Of a stretch of DNA of 64,000 nt, positions 55,778-64,000 are shown in pieces. Every line of letters starts with the position of its first letter. Positions within the stretch are counted from its first letter, which is position 1. Position numbers and translations under genes: made by a program. This DNA is from Pseudomonadales bacterium (GTDB taxonomy: Bacteria > Pseudomonadota > Gammaproteobacteria > Pseudomonadales > Pseudohongiellaceae). The DNA is taken from NCBI GenBank assembly GCA_022825945.1, contig JAJDVS010000082.1, positions 10,470 through 74,469 on the forward strand, in the 5' to 3' direction. A model generated the notes under the pieces. It saw nothing but the letters and a program-made list of their open reading frames with translations. It had not been told where the DNA came from and did no database searches.

Positions 55778-57019
55778 GGCAGGCTCCCGGCCCGTTGCCG
55801 CGCAGATTCGAACATGGCCACCGACTCGACATGCAAGGTATGCGGGAACATATCCATTACCCCGGCGGATTTCAAATCAAACCCCCGGCGGCGCAGTTCC
55901 CTGGCGTCCCTGGCCAGACTTTCCGGATTACAGGAAACGTAGACCACCCGGTCGGCGCCGCTGGCGGCAATCAGGGGAATGGTTTCCAGGGCGCCGCTGC
56001 GTGGCGGGTCCAGCAGAATCCGATTGCAGGACTCCGGCGGCTGCGGCAGGGCAAGGGGATGCTTGCGATACAGGTCGGCGGCAATGAAACCGGCATTCGT
56101 GATCCCGTTGGCCTGGGCGTTTTCCACTGCCCTGGCCACCATTTCCCCACTGTTTTCGATGCCGGTCACGTGCCCGCAGCGAGTCGCCAGGGGCAGGCTG
56201 AAATTGCCGGGGCCGCAGAACAGGTCGAGCAGCCGGTCATGTTTTCGCAAATCAAGCAATTCGCTCACGAGATCGATTGCGCGCCGGTTCACCACTGCAT
56301 TCACCTGAAGAAAATCCATGGGATGAAAGGCCAGCCGCAGGCCGAATTTCGGCAAGTGATAATGCAGGCGTTCCGGCCCGCTGCGCGGGTACAGCCGCCG
56401 GACGCTGTCCACGCCGCCTGGCTGCAAATAGATTTGCAGCCTCCACCGGACGGCGAATTCGCTGAGCCGCTGCAAATCGTCCTGGCCCAGCGGGCGCATA
56501 TGGCGCAGTACAATGGCGGACTGGGAGCATTCGCCGCCGGCATCGGACTCACCGGCGGAGACTTCGATCTGGGGAATCGCCTCCCGGGCCGCCATGCCGT
56601 CGAGCAGTGCCCGCAGGGGGCGGATCAGGGCGGCCAGGGGCGCAACGAGCACCTCGCAGTCCTTCATGTCGGTGACAAAACCGCCGCGTTTTTCCCGGAA
56701 CCCCACGAGCACACCGCCCTTGCGGCGTACGAGGCGCGCGGTGAGCCGCGCCTTGCGGCGGTAATTCCATTGTGGGCCCGTCACAGGCGGCAGCAACTGG
56801 TAGCTTTCCGGCTCGATGCCAGCGAGCTCCGCGAGTTCCCGCTGCAGCAGCGCCTGTTTGTCGGCCAATTGCACGGCGCCGGGAATATCCTGCCGGCTGC
56901 ATCCGCCGCAGGCGGCAAAAACCGCGCAGCGGGGAGTGATTGAGGTCGTTTCCGGTTTTGACGAAGAAGACCGGGGAGCCCGGCCGGAACGGGAAACCGC
57001 CTCAGGTTCCGGATTCACT
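55774..57019 (-). CDS. rlmD: 23S rRNA (uracil-C5)-methyltransferase, RlmD/RlmC family, apparently without a TRAM domain
   Basis: Fe-S Cys cluster CAVFAACGGC, SAM motif LDLFCGPGNFSLPLA, DPPRSG and catalytic YVSCNPESLARD. The track ORF to 57297 overlaps cysM. The nearest in-frame start is GTG 57019, leaving ~30 aa before the Cys cluster. Confidence 0.75.
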
Positions 57020-57904
57020 GGAGAAGACGCCGGTGGAGAGATAACGGTCGCCGCGATCGCAGATGATTGCCACAATGGTGGCGTTTTCCACTTCGCGGGA
57101 AATCTGCAAGGCGGCGAAAACCGCCCCACCCGAGGAAACGCCGCAGAAGACACCCTCCTCCGCGGCAAGCCGACGCATGGTGACCTCGGCGTCGCGCTGG
57201 GCGATATCGATGATGCGGTCCACCCTGCCACGATCAAAAATCTTCGGCAGATACTCCTCGGGCCAGCGGCGGATGCCGGGAATGCGAGAATCGTCATCAG
57301 GCTGCAGGCCGATGATCTCGATAGCGGGATTCTTCTGCTTGAGATAGCGCGATACTCCCATGATGGTGCCGGTAGTGCCCATGGAACTGACGAAATGTGT
57401 TACTGTTCCCGCAGTGTCCCGCCAAATCTCGCGACCGGTGGCTTCCACATGGGCCAGGGGATTGTCCGGATTGGCGAACTGGTCGAGCAGCTTGCCTTCG
57501 CCGCGCCGGTTCATGTCCAGGGCAAGGTCCCGGGCACCTTCCATGCCTTCTTCTTCGGAAACCAGAATCAACTCGGCGCCATAGGCCGCCATGGAGGCCT
57601 TGCGCTCTTCGCTCATGTTGCCGGGCATGATGAGCTTCATGCGGTAGCCCTTGATCGCCGCGGCCATGGCCAGGGCGATGCCGGTATTGCCGCTGGTGGC
57701 TTCCACGAGAACATCGCCGGGGGCGATATTGCCGCGTTCCTCGGCACGCTGGATCATGCTCATGGCGGGGCGGTCTTTCACCGAGCCTGCGGGGTTGTCG
57801 CCTTCGAGCTTGATCAGCACATGATTGCCGGTCTCTCCGGGCAATCGTTGCAGGCGCACCAGCGGCGTGTTGCCTACCAGGCTTTCTATTGTCGGGTAAT
57901 CCAT
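57002..57904 (-). CDS. cysM: Cysteine synthase B (O-acetylserine sulfhydrylase B)
   Basis: Near-collinear with E. coli CysM as recalled: GNTPLVRLQRL, EGDNPAGSVKDRPA, EATSGNTGIALAM, SIPGIRRWP-type DSRIPGIRRWPEEY and AIICDRGDRYLSTGVF. Confidence 0.93.
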   Translation of the reverse strand: MDYPTIESLVGNTPLVRLQRLPGETGNHVLIKLEGDNPAGSVKDRPAMSMIQRAEERGNIAPGDVLVEATSGNTGIALAMAAAIKGYRMKLIMPGNMSEERKASMAAYGAELILVSEEEGMEGARDLALDMNRRGEGKLLDQFANPDNPLAHVEATGREIWRDTAGTVTHFVSSMGTTGTIMGVSRYLKQKNPAIEIIGLQPDDDSRIPGIRRWPEEYLPKIFDRGRVDRIIDIAQRDAEVTMRRLAAEEGVFCGVSSGGAVFAALQISREVENATIVAIICDRGDRYLSTGVFSSESGT

Positions 57905-58014
57905 GCGTATTTCTCATTCTGGATCCGAACGAACTCCGGCCGCTTTCCAGCCACCGAACGAAGCCCAAGGGCATTTGGCCTGCGCACGAAGCTGCGCTTC
58001 GCAAACGCCTGCCC

Positions 58015-58254
58015 TTACCCAGACTCGGCGCGCGCGGCGAGCAGGTTGCGTTCTTCGCGGTCGAGGGCGGCTTCGTTCCCTTCCGCCATCTTGAACTCCA
58101 TGATGAATACCTGCCCGCCGCGGAGCAGCACCATGTCCGAACGGCCATGGCTCAACAAGCGATGAATCGGGGGCGTCTTGTCGACGTAATGGCAACTGTC
58201 CTCCCAGAGGGTGCGGAAGTGCTGGATGCCGATGGGGAGCTGGCGGCGCTGCAT
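58015..58254 (-). pseudogene. Internally deleted remnant of an AAA-ATPase-like / PD-(D/E)XK (PDDEXK_9-type) gene
   Basis: The 79-aa ORF joins the family N-terminus (MQRRQLPIGIQHFRTLWEDSCHYVDKTPPIHRLL) directly to a nuclease-core C-terminal piece (GRSDMVLL...VFIMEFKM). The whole ATPase domain is absent. Confidence 0.6.
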
Positions 58255-58326
58255 GGCGGGATGGGTATTGCCGAATCACCTGGATTCTAACACGGCGAGG
58301 CCTGGGAGCCTGCCGGACCTCACCCG

Positions 58327-59103
58327 TCAATCGACCTCAAGGTCCATTTCGTAGCGGAAGTGTTCCGGGTTGTAGAGCGCCCGCAGGTAGTCGTGCATGC
58401 GCTCGCCTTCGGCGCTCTTGTTATAGGAGCGGCGGGTGAGGCTGAGCAGGGGGCTGCCCTCAGCCACATCCAGCGCCCTGGCGGCCTCGGCGACGGCAGC
58501 TTCGGCGCTAAGGGTCTGTTTTACATGGGTTACTTCGAGCCCCTTCTGGCGAAAGTACGAAAGCCGGGGCGTAGTCTCGAATATCGCCGGTTTCGAGGGC
58601 ATATCGACACCGGCGGTCCAACTCGTGTAGTAGCCGAAGTCGAGCCGGTCCCGCTGCCGCACCCGAATCAGGTGCAAGGCCCGCTCTCCCGGATCAAGGC
58701 CCAATTCGTCCCGCACCGCCTGGGGCGGTTCCTGCCAACTGCAGCGGATCACCCGGGCACGGCTGTTGCGCGCCATGGTCTCGATCTCCTGGAGCATGCC
58801 CACCAGCGGCGCCTTCACCGGCCGCGGTGAATATTTGTAGATGACATGGGTGCCCTTGCCCCGGCTGCGGGCGAGCAGGCCTTCGCCGGCAAGATCGTCC
58901 ATGGCGCGCTTGGCGGTGATCCGGGAGACATTGAACAGATTGGCCAGCACTTCCTCGGTGGGCATGCGGCTGCCGAAGGGCAGGGTGCCATCGAGAATCA
59001 GGGTCTTCAACAGGCTGAAGAGCTGAAAATACAGCGGCGTCGGCGAAGATTTGTCGAGTTCCTTGAAGCGCGACTCGTCACTCAGGGTATCGAAAACGTT
59101 CAC
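58327..59103 (-). CDS. GntR family transcriptional regulator, HutC/UTRA subfamily
   Basis: wHTH region PLYFQLFSLLKTLILDGTLPFGSRMPTEEVLANLFNVSRITAKRAMDDLAGEGLLARSRGKGTHV plus a UTRA-like C-domain. GTG start. Confidence 0.88.
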   Translation of the reverse strand: MNVFDTLSDESRFKELDKSSPTPLYFQLFSLLKTLILDGTLPFGSRMPTEEVLANLFNVSRITAKRAMDDLAGEGLLARSRGKGTHVIYKYSPRPVKAPLVGMLQEIETMARNSRARVIRCSWQEPPQAVRDELGLDPGERALHLIRVRQRDRLDFGYYTSWTAGVDMPSKPAIFETTPRLSYFRQKGLEVTHVKQTLSAEAAVAEAARALDVAEGSPLLSLTRRSYNKSAEGERMHDYLRALYNPEHFRYEMDLEVD

Positions 59104-59113
59104 GGCGGGCTCG

Positions 59114-59145
59114 TTTGATATAGAAAGTTATAATGATATATCAAA
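59114..59145. promoter_or_regulatory. Perfect 9-bp inverted repeat TTTGATATA-N14-TATATCAAA; candidate GntR operator overlapping the gntR promoter
   Basis: Begins 11 nt upstream of the GTG start at 59103. On the minus strand it reads TTGATA-16 bp-TATATC as -35/-10. TATAAT on the plus strand lies at 59129-59134. Confidence 0.5.
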
Positions 59146-59310
59146 GGTCGCACAGGGCAAATTCCTGCGACGCAGGCTCCCGGGTCAGGCGAGTCTTTTG
59201 TGGAGCTGTTTCAGGCAGCAGCGTCTGGGTCTTTCGGCGATCACTTGCATTAGCGAACAAACATCCTTCTAATTGGGCGCTTGCTTGCGGCCCGGTGGAT
59301 TTTCCGGCGA

Positions 59311-60264
59311 ATGCTTCTTGACATCCTGTTCATCGTTCTCGGCTTTGTCGGTCTGGCCTGGGGCGCAAATCTCTTCGTTTTCGGCGCCTCGGCGCTGGCC
59401 CGCAATCTGGGAGTTTCGCCGCTGCTCATCGGTCTTACCGTGGTCGCCTTCGGCACTTCGGCGCCGGAATTCTTTTCCTCGGCGGTTGCCTCGCTCAATG
59501 GTGAACCCCATCTGGCGGTGGGCAATGCCCTGGGCTCGAACCTGTTCAATGTGGGCATCGCTCTCGGCGTTGCCGCCATGGTCGCCCCGCTGACGCCGCC
59601 ACCGAACCTGATGCGCAAGGAAATGGCGGCGATGCTGCTGGTCACCTTGGTCACCGGCCTGCTGTTCATCGACCTGCACCTGGGCTGGGTCGACGCCACG
59701 GTGCTGATCGTCATTACAGTCTTCTTCATCCGCAAACTGATGCTGCCCCAGGTGAAGAGCGAACCGGAAAAGGTGCTCGACGATCTGCAGATCGAGAAAG
59801 TCAGCAATTTCCGGGCGATCTGCTTCCTGCTTTTCGGCCTGTTGATGCTGGTGGTCAGTTCCCAGGCGCTGGTGGTCGCCGCGACTTCCATCGCCCATAC
59901 CCTGGGCGTGAGCACCGGCGTCATAGGGCTGACCGTGGTGGCCCTCGGCACGAGCCTGCCGGAGTTGGCGCTGTCGGTGACTTGCGCGGTGAAGGACGAG
60001 GATGAACTCGCCATCGGCAATATTCTCGGCTCGAACATCATGAACCTGCTGGTGGTCCTGCCCTTTCCCGGGCTGCTTGCGTCGGGGCCGCTGGAGCCGA
60101 GCTTCCTCTATCTCGATTACGCCGCGGTATTGCTGATCTGCCTCGTGCTGGCGCTGTTCTGTTATCTCAGCATCCGGCGCGGCAGATCAATCGGCCGACT
60201 GGGCGGCCTGACCTTGTTGTTAATCTACTGCGGCTGGTTTACGTTAATGCTGCAAAACACCTGA
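59311..60264 (+). CDS. yrbG: Ca2+/Na+ antiporter, CaCA family (YrbG)
   Basis: Alpha-repeat motifs GLTVVAFGTSAPEFFSS and GLTVVALGTSLPELALS. Position upstream of kdsD as in E. coli. Confidence 0.9.
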   Translation: MLLDILFIVLGFVGLAWGANLFVFGASALARNLGVSPLLIGLTVVAFGTSAPEFFSSAVASLNGEPHLAVGNALGSNLFNVGIALGVAAMVAPLTPPPNLMRKEMAAMLLVTLVTGLLFIDLHLGWVDATVLIVITVFFIRKLMLPQVKSEPEKVLDDLQIEKVSNFRAICFLLFGLLMLVVSSQALVVAATSIAHTLGVSTGVIGLTVVALGTSLPELALSVTCAVKDEDELAIGNILGSNIMNLLVVLPFPGLLASGPLEPSFLYLDYAAVLLICLVLALFCYLSIRRGRSIGRLGGLTLLLIYCGWFTLMLQNT

Positions 60265-60272
60265 GTCCTGCC

Positions 60273-61247
60273 ATGGACAATAACTTTTCCTTTATCGACA
60301 GCGCCTTGCGCACGATTGCCATCGAACGGGCGGCGCTTGCCGAATTGCCGGGGCGAATCGGCGACGGGTTCGGGCAGGCCTGTCGGCTGATGCTGTCCTG
60401 CAGGGGCCGCGTGGCGGTCACCGGCATGGGTAAGTCGGGTCATATCGGAAACAAGATTGCCGCCACTCTGTCGAGCACCGGCACACCGGCGCTGTTCGTG
60501 CATCCCGCCGAAGCCGCCCACGGCGATATCGGCATGATTACCTCAGCCGATGTGGTGCTGGCGATTTCCAATTCCGGCGCCACCGATGAAATCATCGCCC
60601 TGTTGCCGGTGCTGCGGCGGCGCGGCATCCCCCTGGTCGCCATGACCGGCAAATCCGGCTCGGAACTCGCCCGGGCGGCGGATATCCATCTCGATGCGGG
60701 AGTCAGCGAGGAAGCCTGCCCCCTGGGTCTGGCGCCCACGGCAAGCACCATGGCGGCGCTGGCGCTCGGCGACGCCCTTGCCATGGCCCTGCTGGAGGCC
60801 CGGGGATTCAGCAGCGAGGATTTCGCCCGCTCTCACCCCGGCGGACAGTTGGGGCGGCGTCTGCTCGTCAAGGTCAGGGACATCATGCATCCGAGGCGGG
60901 AGATTCCGCAGGTGCAGGCCGGCGCCGGGCTTGCCGAGGCCCTGCTTGCGATCAGCACCGGCGGTTTTGGCCTCACCACGATTACCGACGCGGCAGGCAA
61001 GGTCTGCGGAGTTTTTACCGACGGCGACTTGCGCCGGGCCATCGACGCCGGCCATGACATTGGCGCGACCCGGGTGGAAGAAGTCATGTCGGCGAATTTC
61101 GTGCGGATCGACGAGAACGCCCTGGCGGCGGAAGCGGCGCGCGTCATGCAGGAAGCCAGTGTTTATGTGTTGATTGTTACCGATGCAGAGGGCGTGCCCA
61201 GCGGCATCGTCAAGATGCATGACCTGCTCCAGGCCAATGTGGTCTAG
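60273..61247 (+). CDS. kdsD: Arabinose-5-phosphate isomerase KdsD (SIS + CBS pair)
   Basis: GRVAVTGMGKSGHIGNKIAATLSSTGTPALFVHPAEAAHGDIGM and LAISNSGATDE, plus C-terminal CBS domains. Confidence 0.93.
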   Translation: MDNNFSFIDSALRTIAIERAALAELPGRIGDGFGQACRLMLSCRGRVAVTGMGKSGHIGNKIAATLSSTGTPALFVHPAEAAHGDIGMITSADVVLAISNSGATDEIIALLPVLRRRGIPLVAMTGKSGSELARAADIHLDAGVSEEACPLGLAPTASTMAALALGDALAMALLEARGFSSEDFARSHPGGQLGRRLLVKVRDIMHPRREIPQVQAGAGLAEALLAISTGGFGLTTITDAAGKVCGVFTDGDLRRAIDAGHDIGATRVEEVMSANFVRIDENALAAEAARVMQEASVYVLIVTDAEGVPSGIVKMHDLLQANVV

Positions 61248-61260
61248 GAGCCTGCGCCGT
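61244..61260 (+). mobile_element. Solo terminal fragment of the MITE-like element
   Basis: CTAGGAGCCTGCGCCGT equals the element terminus. Its TAG serves as the kdsD stop codon. Confidence 0.45.
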
Positions 61261-61795
61261 GATGATGAAATTCCACTGCGGGGAAATCGAGGCCAGACGG
61301 CGGGCGCAATCCATCCGGGCGCTAGGGCTCGATGTGGACGGCGTGCTCAGCGACGGCCGGCTGTATTTCACCAGCGCCGGCGAGGAGATGAAAGCTTTCC
61401 ACGCCCACGATGGCCATGGCCTGAAAATGCTGCGCGAGGCCGGCGTGGAAGTGGCGATCATCACCAGCCGCGCCTCGCCGATTGTCGAGCGGCGCTGCTC
61501 TGATCTCGGCATTCGCCACCTCTACCAGGGCGCGGCGGACAAACTCGCGGCCATGGAGGATTTCCTGCAACTTGCCGGGCTTCAGGCCGGTCAGTTCGGC
61601 TTTGTCGGCGACGATCTCATGGATCTGCCGGTGCTGGGGGCGGCCGGGCTTGCCTGCTCGGTGCCCAATGGCCACGAAGACGTGCGCAAACGGGTGCATC
61701 TGGTCACCTCGCTCCCCGGAGGCGGCGGCGCCGTGCGGGAAATCACCGATTTCCTGCTGCGCAGCCAGTGTGCTGTCCCGCAAGCCGCAAAGTGA
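61259..61795 (+). CDS. kdsC: KDO 8-phosphate phosphatase KdsC (HAD)
   Basis: LGLDVDGVLSDGRLYF (DxD motif), FHAHDGHGLKML, and FVGDDLMDLPVL. Confidence 0.92.
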   Translation: MMMKFHCGEIEARRRAQSIRALGLDVDGVLSDGRLYFTSAGEEMKAFHAHDGHGLKMLREAGVEVAIITSRASPIVERRCSDLGIRHLYQGAADKLAAMEDFLQLAGLQAGQFGFVGDDLMDLPVLGAAGLACSVPNGHEDVRKRVHLVTSLPGGGGAVREITDFLLRSQCAVPQAAK

Positions 61796-61851
61796 AATCC
61801 TCCTCCCCGTGATGCGGCGCGCAGTCGCGGCATCTCGTGGGGGGGCTGCCT

Positions 61852-61991
61852 GAGATTCTGCGACTGCGCTTCGCTCCGCGCAGAATGACGAGGTGGGGAT
61901 GCTTCGCTCCGCGCAGAATGACGAGGTGGGGATGCTTCGCTCCGCGCAGAATGACGGGGTGGGCGCTTCGTTTCGCGCAGAATGACGGGGG
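61852..61991. repeat. REP-like hairpin followed by four tandem 27-33 bp units
   Basis: GAGATTCTGCGACTGC, then GCTTCGCTCCGCGCAGAATGACGAGGTGGGGAT at 61868 and 61901. Diverged copies start at 61934 and 61965. Confidence 0.8.
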
Positions 61992-62009
61992 AAGAATCGC
62001 CAAAGTTTC

Positions 62010-62609
62010 GTGATAGGCTGTTCGCAGAACGGAACCGGGTTTGAATCGACTGTGCCGAAGAGAAGCCTCATCCCCCTGGTTGTGGCCGTGGCCGCCGCGG
62101 TGGCGGCCATGGGCGGCCTGGAAACCATGCGGGAATCGCCTTCCCCGCCGCTGGCGGCGCCAGCGTACAACGCGCTTGCCGAAGGCGTGGACCTGCGCTT
62201 CCACGACGAAGCGGGCAGGCTCGGATACGCCTTGCAGGCGGCCTGCCAGACTCGTTCCAGCGACAATACCATCGAGTGGAGCGAGCCTTCCCTGCAGTGG
62301 TATGCCGGCAATGGTGGCGCCGACTGGCAGGTCGAGGCGGAACAGGGAATTTCGCCCGCCAGCGGCGAGCATCTCGAATTGAGCGGAAATGTCATGCTGC
62401 GGCGCAATGACGCCGGTGATTCCGACGGGCTGACGCTCACCACCAGCAGCCTCGATATCGATCTGGTGGATGAAGTCATCGCCACCGACGCCCGGGTGGA
62501 AATGACTTCCGGCGCACTGCGGCAGAGCGCGGCGGGGCTGGTGCTGCATCTGCCGGAAGACAGCCTGCTCATGCTCGGCAGCGTCCGGGGCGGCCATGGG
62601 CGGCCCTGA
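62010..62609 (+). CDS. lptC: LPS export protein LptC
   Basis: N-terminal TM RSLIPLVVAVAAAVAAMGG and a beta-jellyroll-like sequence. Position between kdsC and lptA. Start is uncertain (GTG 62010). Confidence 0.75.
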   Translation: MIGCSQNGTGFESTVPKRSLIPLVVAVAAAVAAMGGLETMRESPSPPLAAPAYNALAEGVDLRFHDEAGRLGYALQAACQTRSSDNTIEWSEPSLQWYAGNGGADWQVEAEQGISPASGEHLELSGNVMLRRNDAGDSDGLTLTTSSLDIDLVDEVIATDARVEMTSGALRQSAAGLVLHLPEDSLLMLGSVRGGHGRP

Positions 62610-63105
62610 GATTTCCCGCCGGTTCGTGCTGGCGGGCGCGCTGGCCTGGGCCCTTGTGGCGCCGGCGCGGGAAAACGACGACGGGCAGGCCATCGAATGG
62701 AGCGCCGACGGCGACTCTTCCCTGTCGATGGAAAACGGCGTACGCCAGTTGCACATGACCGACAACGTCATCATCACCCGGGGCGGCCTGGAAATCCGCG
62801 GCGATCAGGCCCTGATCGAGTACAGCGCCGAAACCAGCGAACTGAACCGGGTGACGGTACAGGGCGCACCGGCGAACTATCGGCAAAGCCTCGATGAAGA
62901 CGGCGGGCTTGTCATCGGCAGCGGCGATACCATCCTTTTCTACACCGATGCCGACGGCAATACCGTTATTGAACTCGTGGGCAATGCCGGCATTCGCTCC
63001 CGGGAAATGGACACCCAGTGCGAGTCCATCGTTTATGTGACCGAGCTCGAACTGATCCGCGCCAGCGGCAACTGCGCGGGGGCCTTCACCCCCCGGAATG
63101 ACTGA
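62596..63105 (+). CDS. lptA: LPS export periplasmic protein LptA
   Basis: Signal peptide [17 protein letters not shown] and OstA-like repeats ([31 protein letters not shown]). Overlaps lptC and lptB. Confidence 0.82.
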   Translation: MGGPEISRRFVLAGALAWALVAPARENDDGQAIEWSADGDSSLSMENGVRQLHMTDNVIITRGGLEIRGDQALIEYSAETSELNRVTVQGAPANYRQSLDEDGGLVIGSGDTILFYTDADGNTVIELVGNAGIRSREMDTQCESIVYVTELELIRASGNCAGAFTPRND

Positions 63106-63829
63106 AGCCATGCTTGAAGCTGCCGGCCTCGTCAAGAGCTACCGGGGACGCCGGGTGGTCAACGAGGTTTCCCTGGCCATCGGGCGGGGCGAAGTGGTGG
63201 GCCTGCTTGGCCCCAATGGCGCTGGCAAGACCACCTGCTTCTACATGCTCGTGGGGCTGATTCGCCCGGACCGGGGCGATGTCTTCATCGACGGCGACAG
63301 GGTGACGAACCAGCCCATCCATCGCCGCGCCGCCCATGGCCTCGCCTATCTGCCCCAGGACGCCTCGATCTTCCGCATCCTGAGCGTGGAAGACAATATC
63401 CTCGCCATTCTCGAAACCCGCAAGGAACTGGACAGCCAGGAGCGCGGGCGGCGACTCGAAGCCCTGCTCGAAGAATTCCATATCGCCCATGTGCGGCATA
63501 GCAAGGGCATGAGTCTTTCCGGCGGCGAGCGACGGCGCACCGAAATCGCCCGCACCCTCGCCACCGAGCCGGGCTATCTGCTGCTCGACGAGCCATTTGC
63601 CGGTATCGATCCGATATCGGTAAGCGACATCAAGCATCTCATCGCCCACCTCAAAGCCCGGGGCATTGGCATTCTGCTGACCGATCACAACGTCCGGGAA
63701 ACCCTCGACATCTGCGAAAAGGCCTGCATCGTCAGCGAAGGCCGCATCATCGCCCAGGGCGAACCCGCCACGATCCTCGCCAATCCCACCGTCCGCGAAG
63801 TCTATCTCGGGGAACATTTCGACATGTAG
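63098..63829 (+). CDS. lptB: LPS export ABC transporter ATPase LptB
   Basis: Walker [11 protein letters not shown]-loop YLPQDASIF, signature LSGGERRR and Walker [13 protein letters not shown]. Confidence 0.96.
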   Translation: MTEAMLEAAGLVKSYRGRRVVNEVSLAIGRGEVVGLLGPNGAGKTTCFYMLVGLIRPDRGDVFIDGDRVTNQPIHRRAAHGLAYLPQDASIFRILSVEDNILAILETRKELDSQERGRRLEALLEEFHIAHVRHSKGMSLSGGERRRTEIARTLATEPGYLLLDEPFAGIDPISVSDIKHLIAHLKARGIGILLTDHNVRETLDICEKACIVSEGRIIAQGEPATILANPTVREVYLGEHFDM

Positions 63830-63886
63830 GCACGGGCCTTCCGCCAATCCGAGCGTAACAGCAGCGCCCGGTCCCTCTTCGTCCTT

Positions 63887-63927
63887 CGTCATTCTGCGCG
63901 CAACGGAGCGAAGTCGCAGAATGACGG
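63887..63927. repeat. REP-like hairpin
   Basis: CGTCATTCTGCGCG-caacggagcgaag-TCGCAGAATGACGG, downstream of lptB. Confidence 0.75.
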
Positions 63928-64000
63928 AGGGTCGAAGTTTTCGCAGCTATGCAAGGAAAGTGCCAAAGTCTTCGGGTATACTGAATTTTCTGCATCAGGT

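Noticed and set aside
45589-58165. Antisense ORFs opposite the MFS gene (45589..46638), the HMGL lyase (51637..52677), tsaB/adk (53985..55490), mazG/rlmD (55049..55942 and 55795..56943) and cysM (56816..58165)
   Set aside because: They are shadow frames of confidently assigned genes and carry no motifs.
61868-61991. Possible CRISPR array (four ~30-bp direct repeats)
   Set aside because: The repeats are directly abutting with no unique spacers. The unit is part of the REP-like family seen elsewhere, and no cas genes are present.
61322-62777. Minus-strand ORFs 61322..62572 (416 aa) and 61743..62777 (344 aa) with repeated SFCAERS / ILRGAKH peptides
   Set aside because: The peptide repeats are simply translations of the REP tandem array. 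The rest is antisense to kdsC, lptC and lptA.

Overview
GC-rich chromosomal segment, apparently from a gammaproteobacterium. That call rests on conserved neighbourhoods: clpB-pgeF-rluD/bamD on the left and yrbG-kdsD-kdsC-lptC-lptA-lptB on the right. All calls come from reading the supplied translations and the DNA by eye; no database search was run.

Layout:
- 1-5.7 kb: housekeeping genes (clpB, pgeF, rluD, bamD, nadE).
- 5.8-8.6 kb: type IV pilus minor-pilin cluster (FimT-like, pilV-W-X-E) with no pilY1.
- 8.6-9.9 kb: TauE-family exporter and a MarR regulator.
- 10.2-20.6 kb: aromatic catabolic block. It holds an FGE/SUMF1-like protein, gentisate 1,2-dioxygenase, fumarylpyruvate hydrolase, maleylpyruvate isomerase, a flavin hydroxylase, a TonB-dependent receptor, a Na+/solute symporter and an FAD oxidoreductase.
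- 21.5-23.4 kb: RegB/RegA-type two-component system.
- 23.7-29.3 kb: RND efflux pair and a CNNM/CBS protein.
- 30.6-45.0 kb: the most unusual part. This is one tightly coupled eight-gene minus-strand operon built on a MoxR AAA+ / DUF58 / BatA-VWA core. It also carries a 1175-aa coiled-coil membrane protein, a second VWA membrane protein, a legumain/caspase-fold protein with the catalytic Cys replaced by Ser, a TPR protein with an embedded HExxH metalloprotease, and a DUF4159 protein.
- 45.6-52.7 kb: catabolic cluster of unknown substrate (MFS transporter, two paralogous deacetylase-fold proteins, an isochorismatase-like hydrolase, a CoA-transferase and an HMGL-like lyase).
- 52.7-64 kb: housekeeping genes (uppP, tsaB, adk, mazG, rlmD-like, cysM, a GntR regulator, and yrbG through lptB).

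The eight-gene operon is bracketed by two same-orientation copies of a MITE-like element. Three small repeat families populate the intergenic DNA: a REP-like hairpin, the MITE-like element, and a 47-bp hairpin unit. There are also two decayed copies of an AAA-ATPase/PD-(D/E)XK gene. No rRNA, tRNA, CRISPR array, transposase or integrase gene was recognised.
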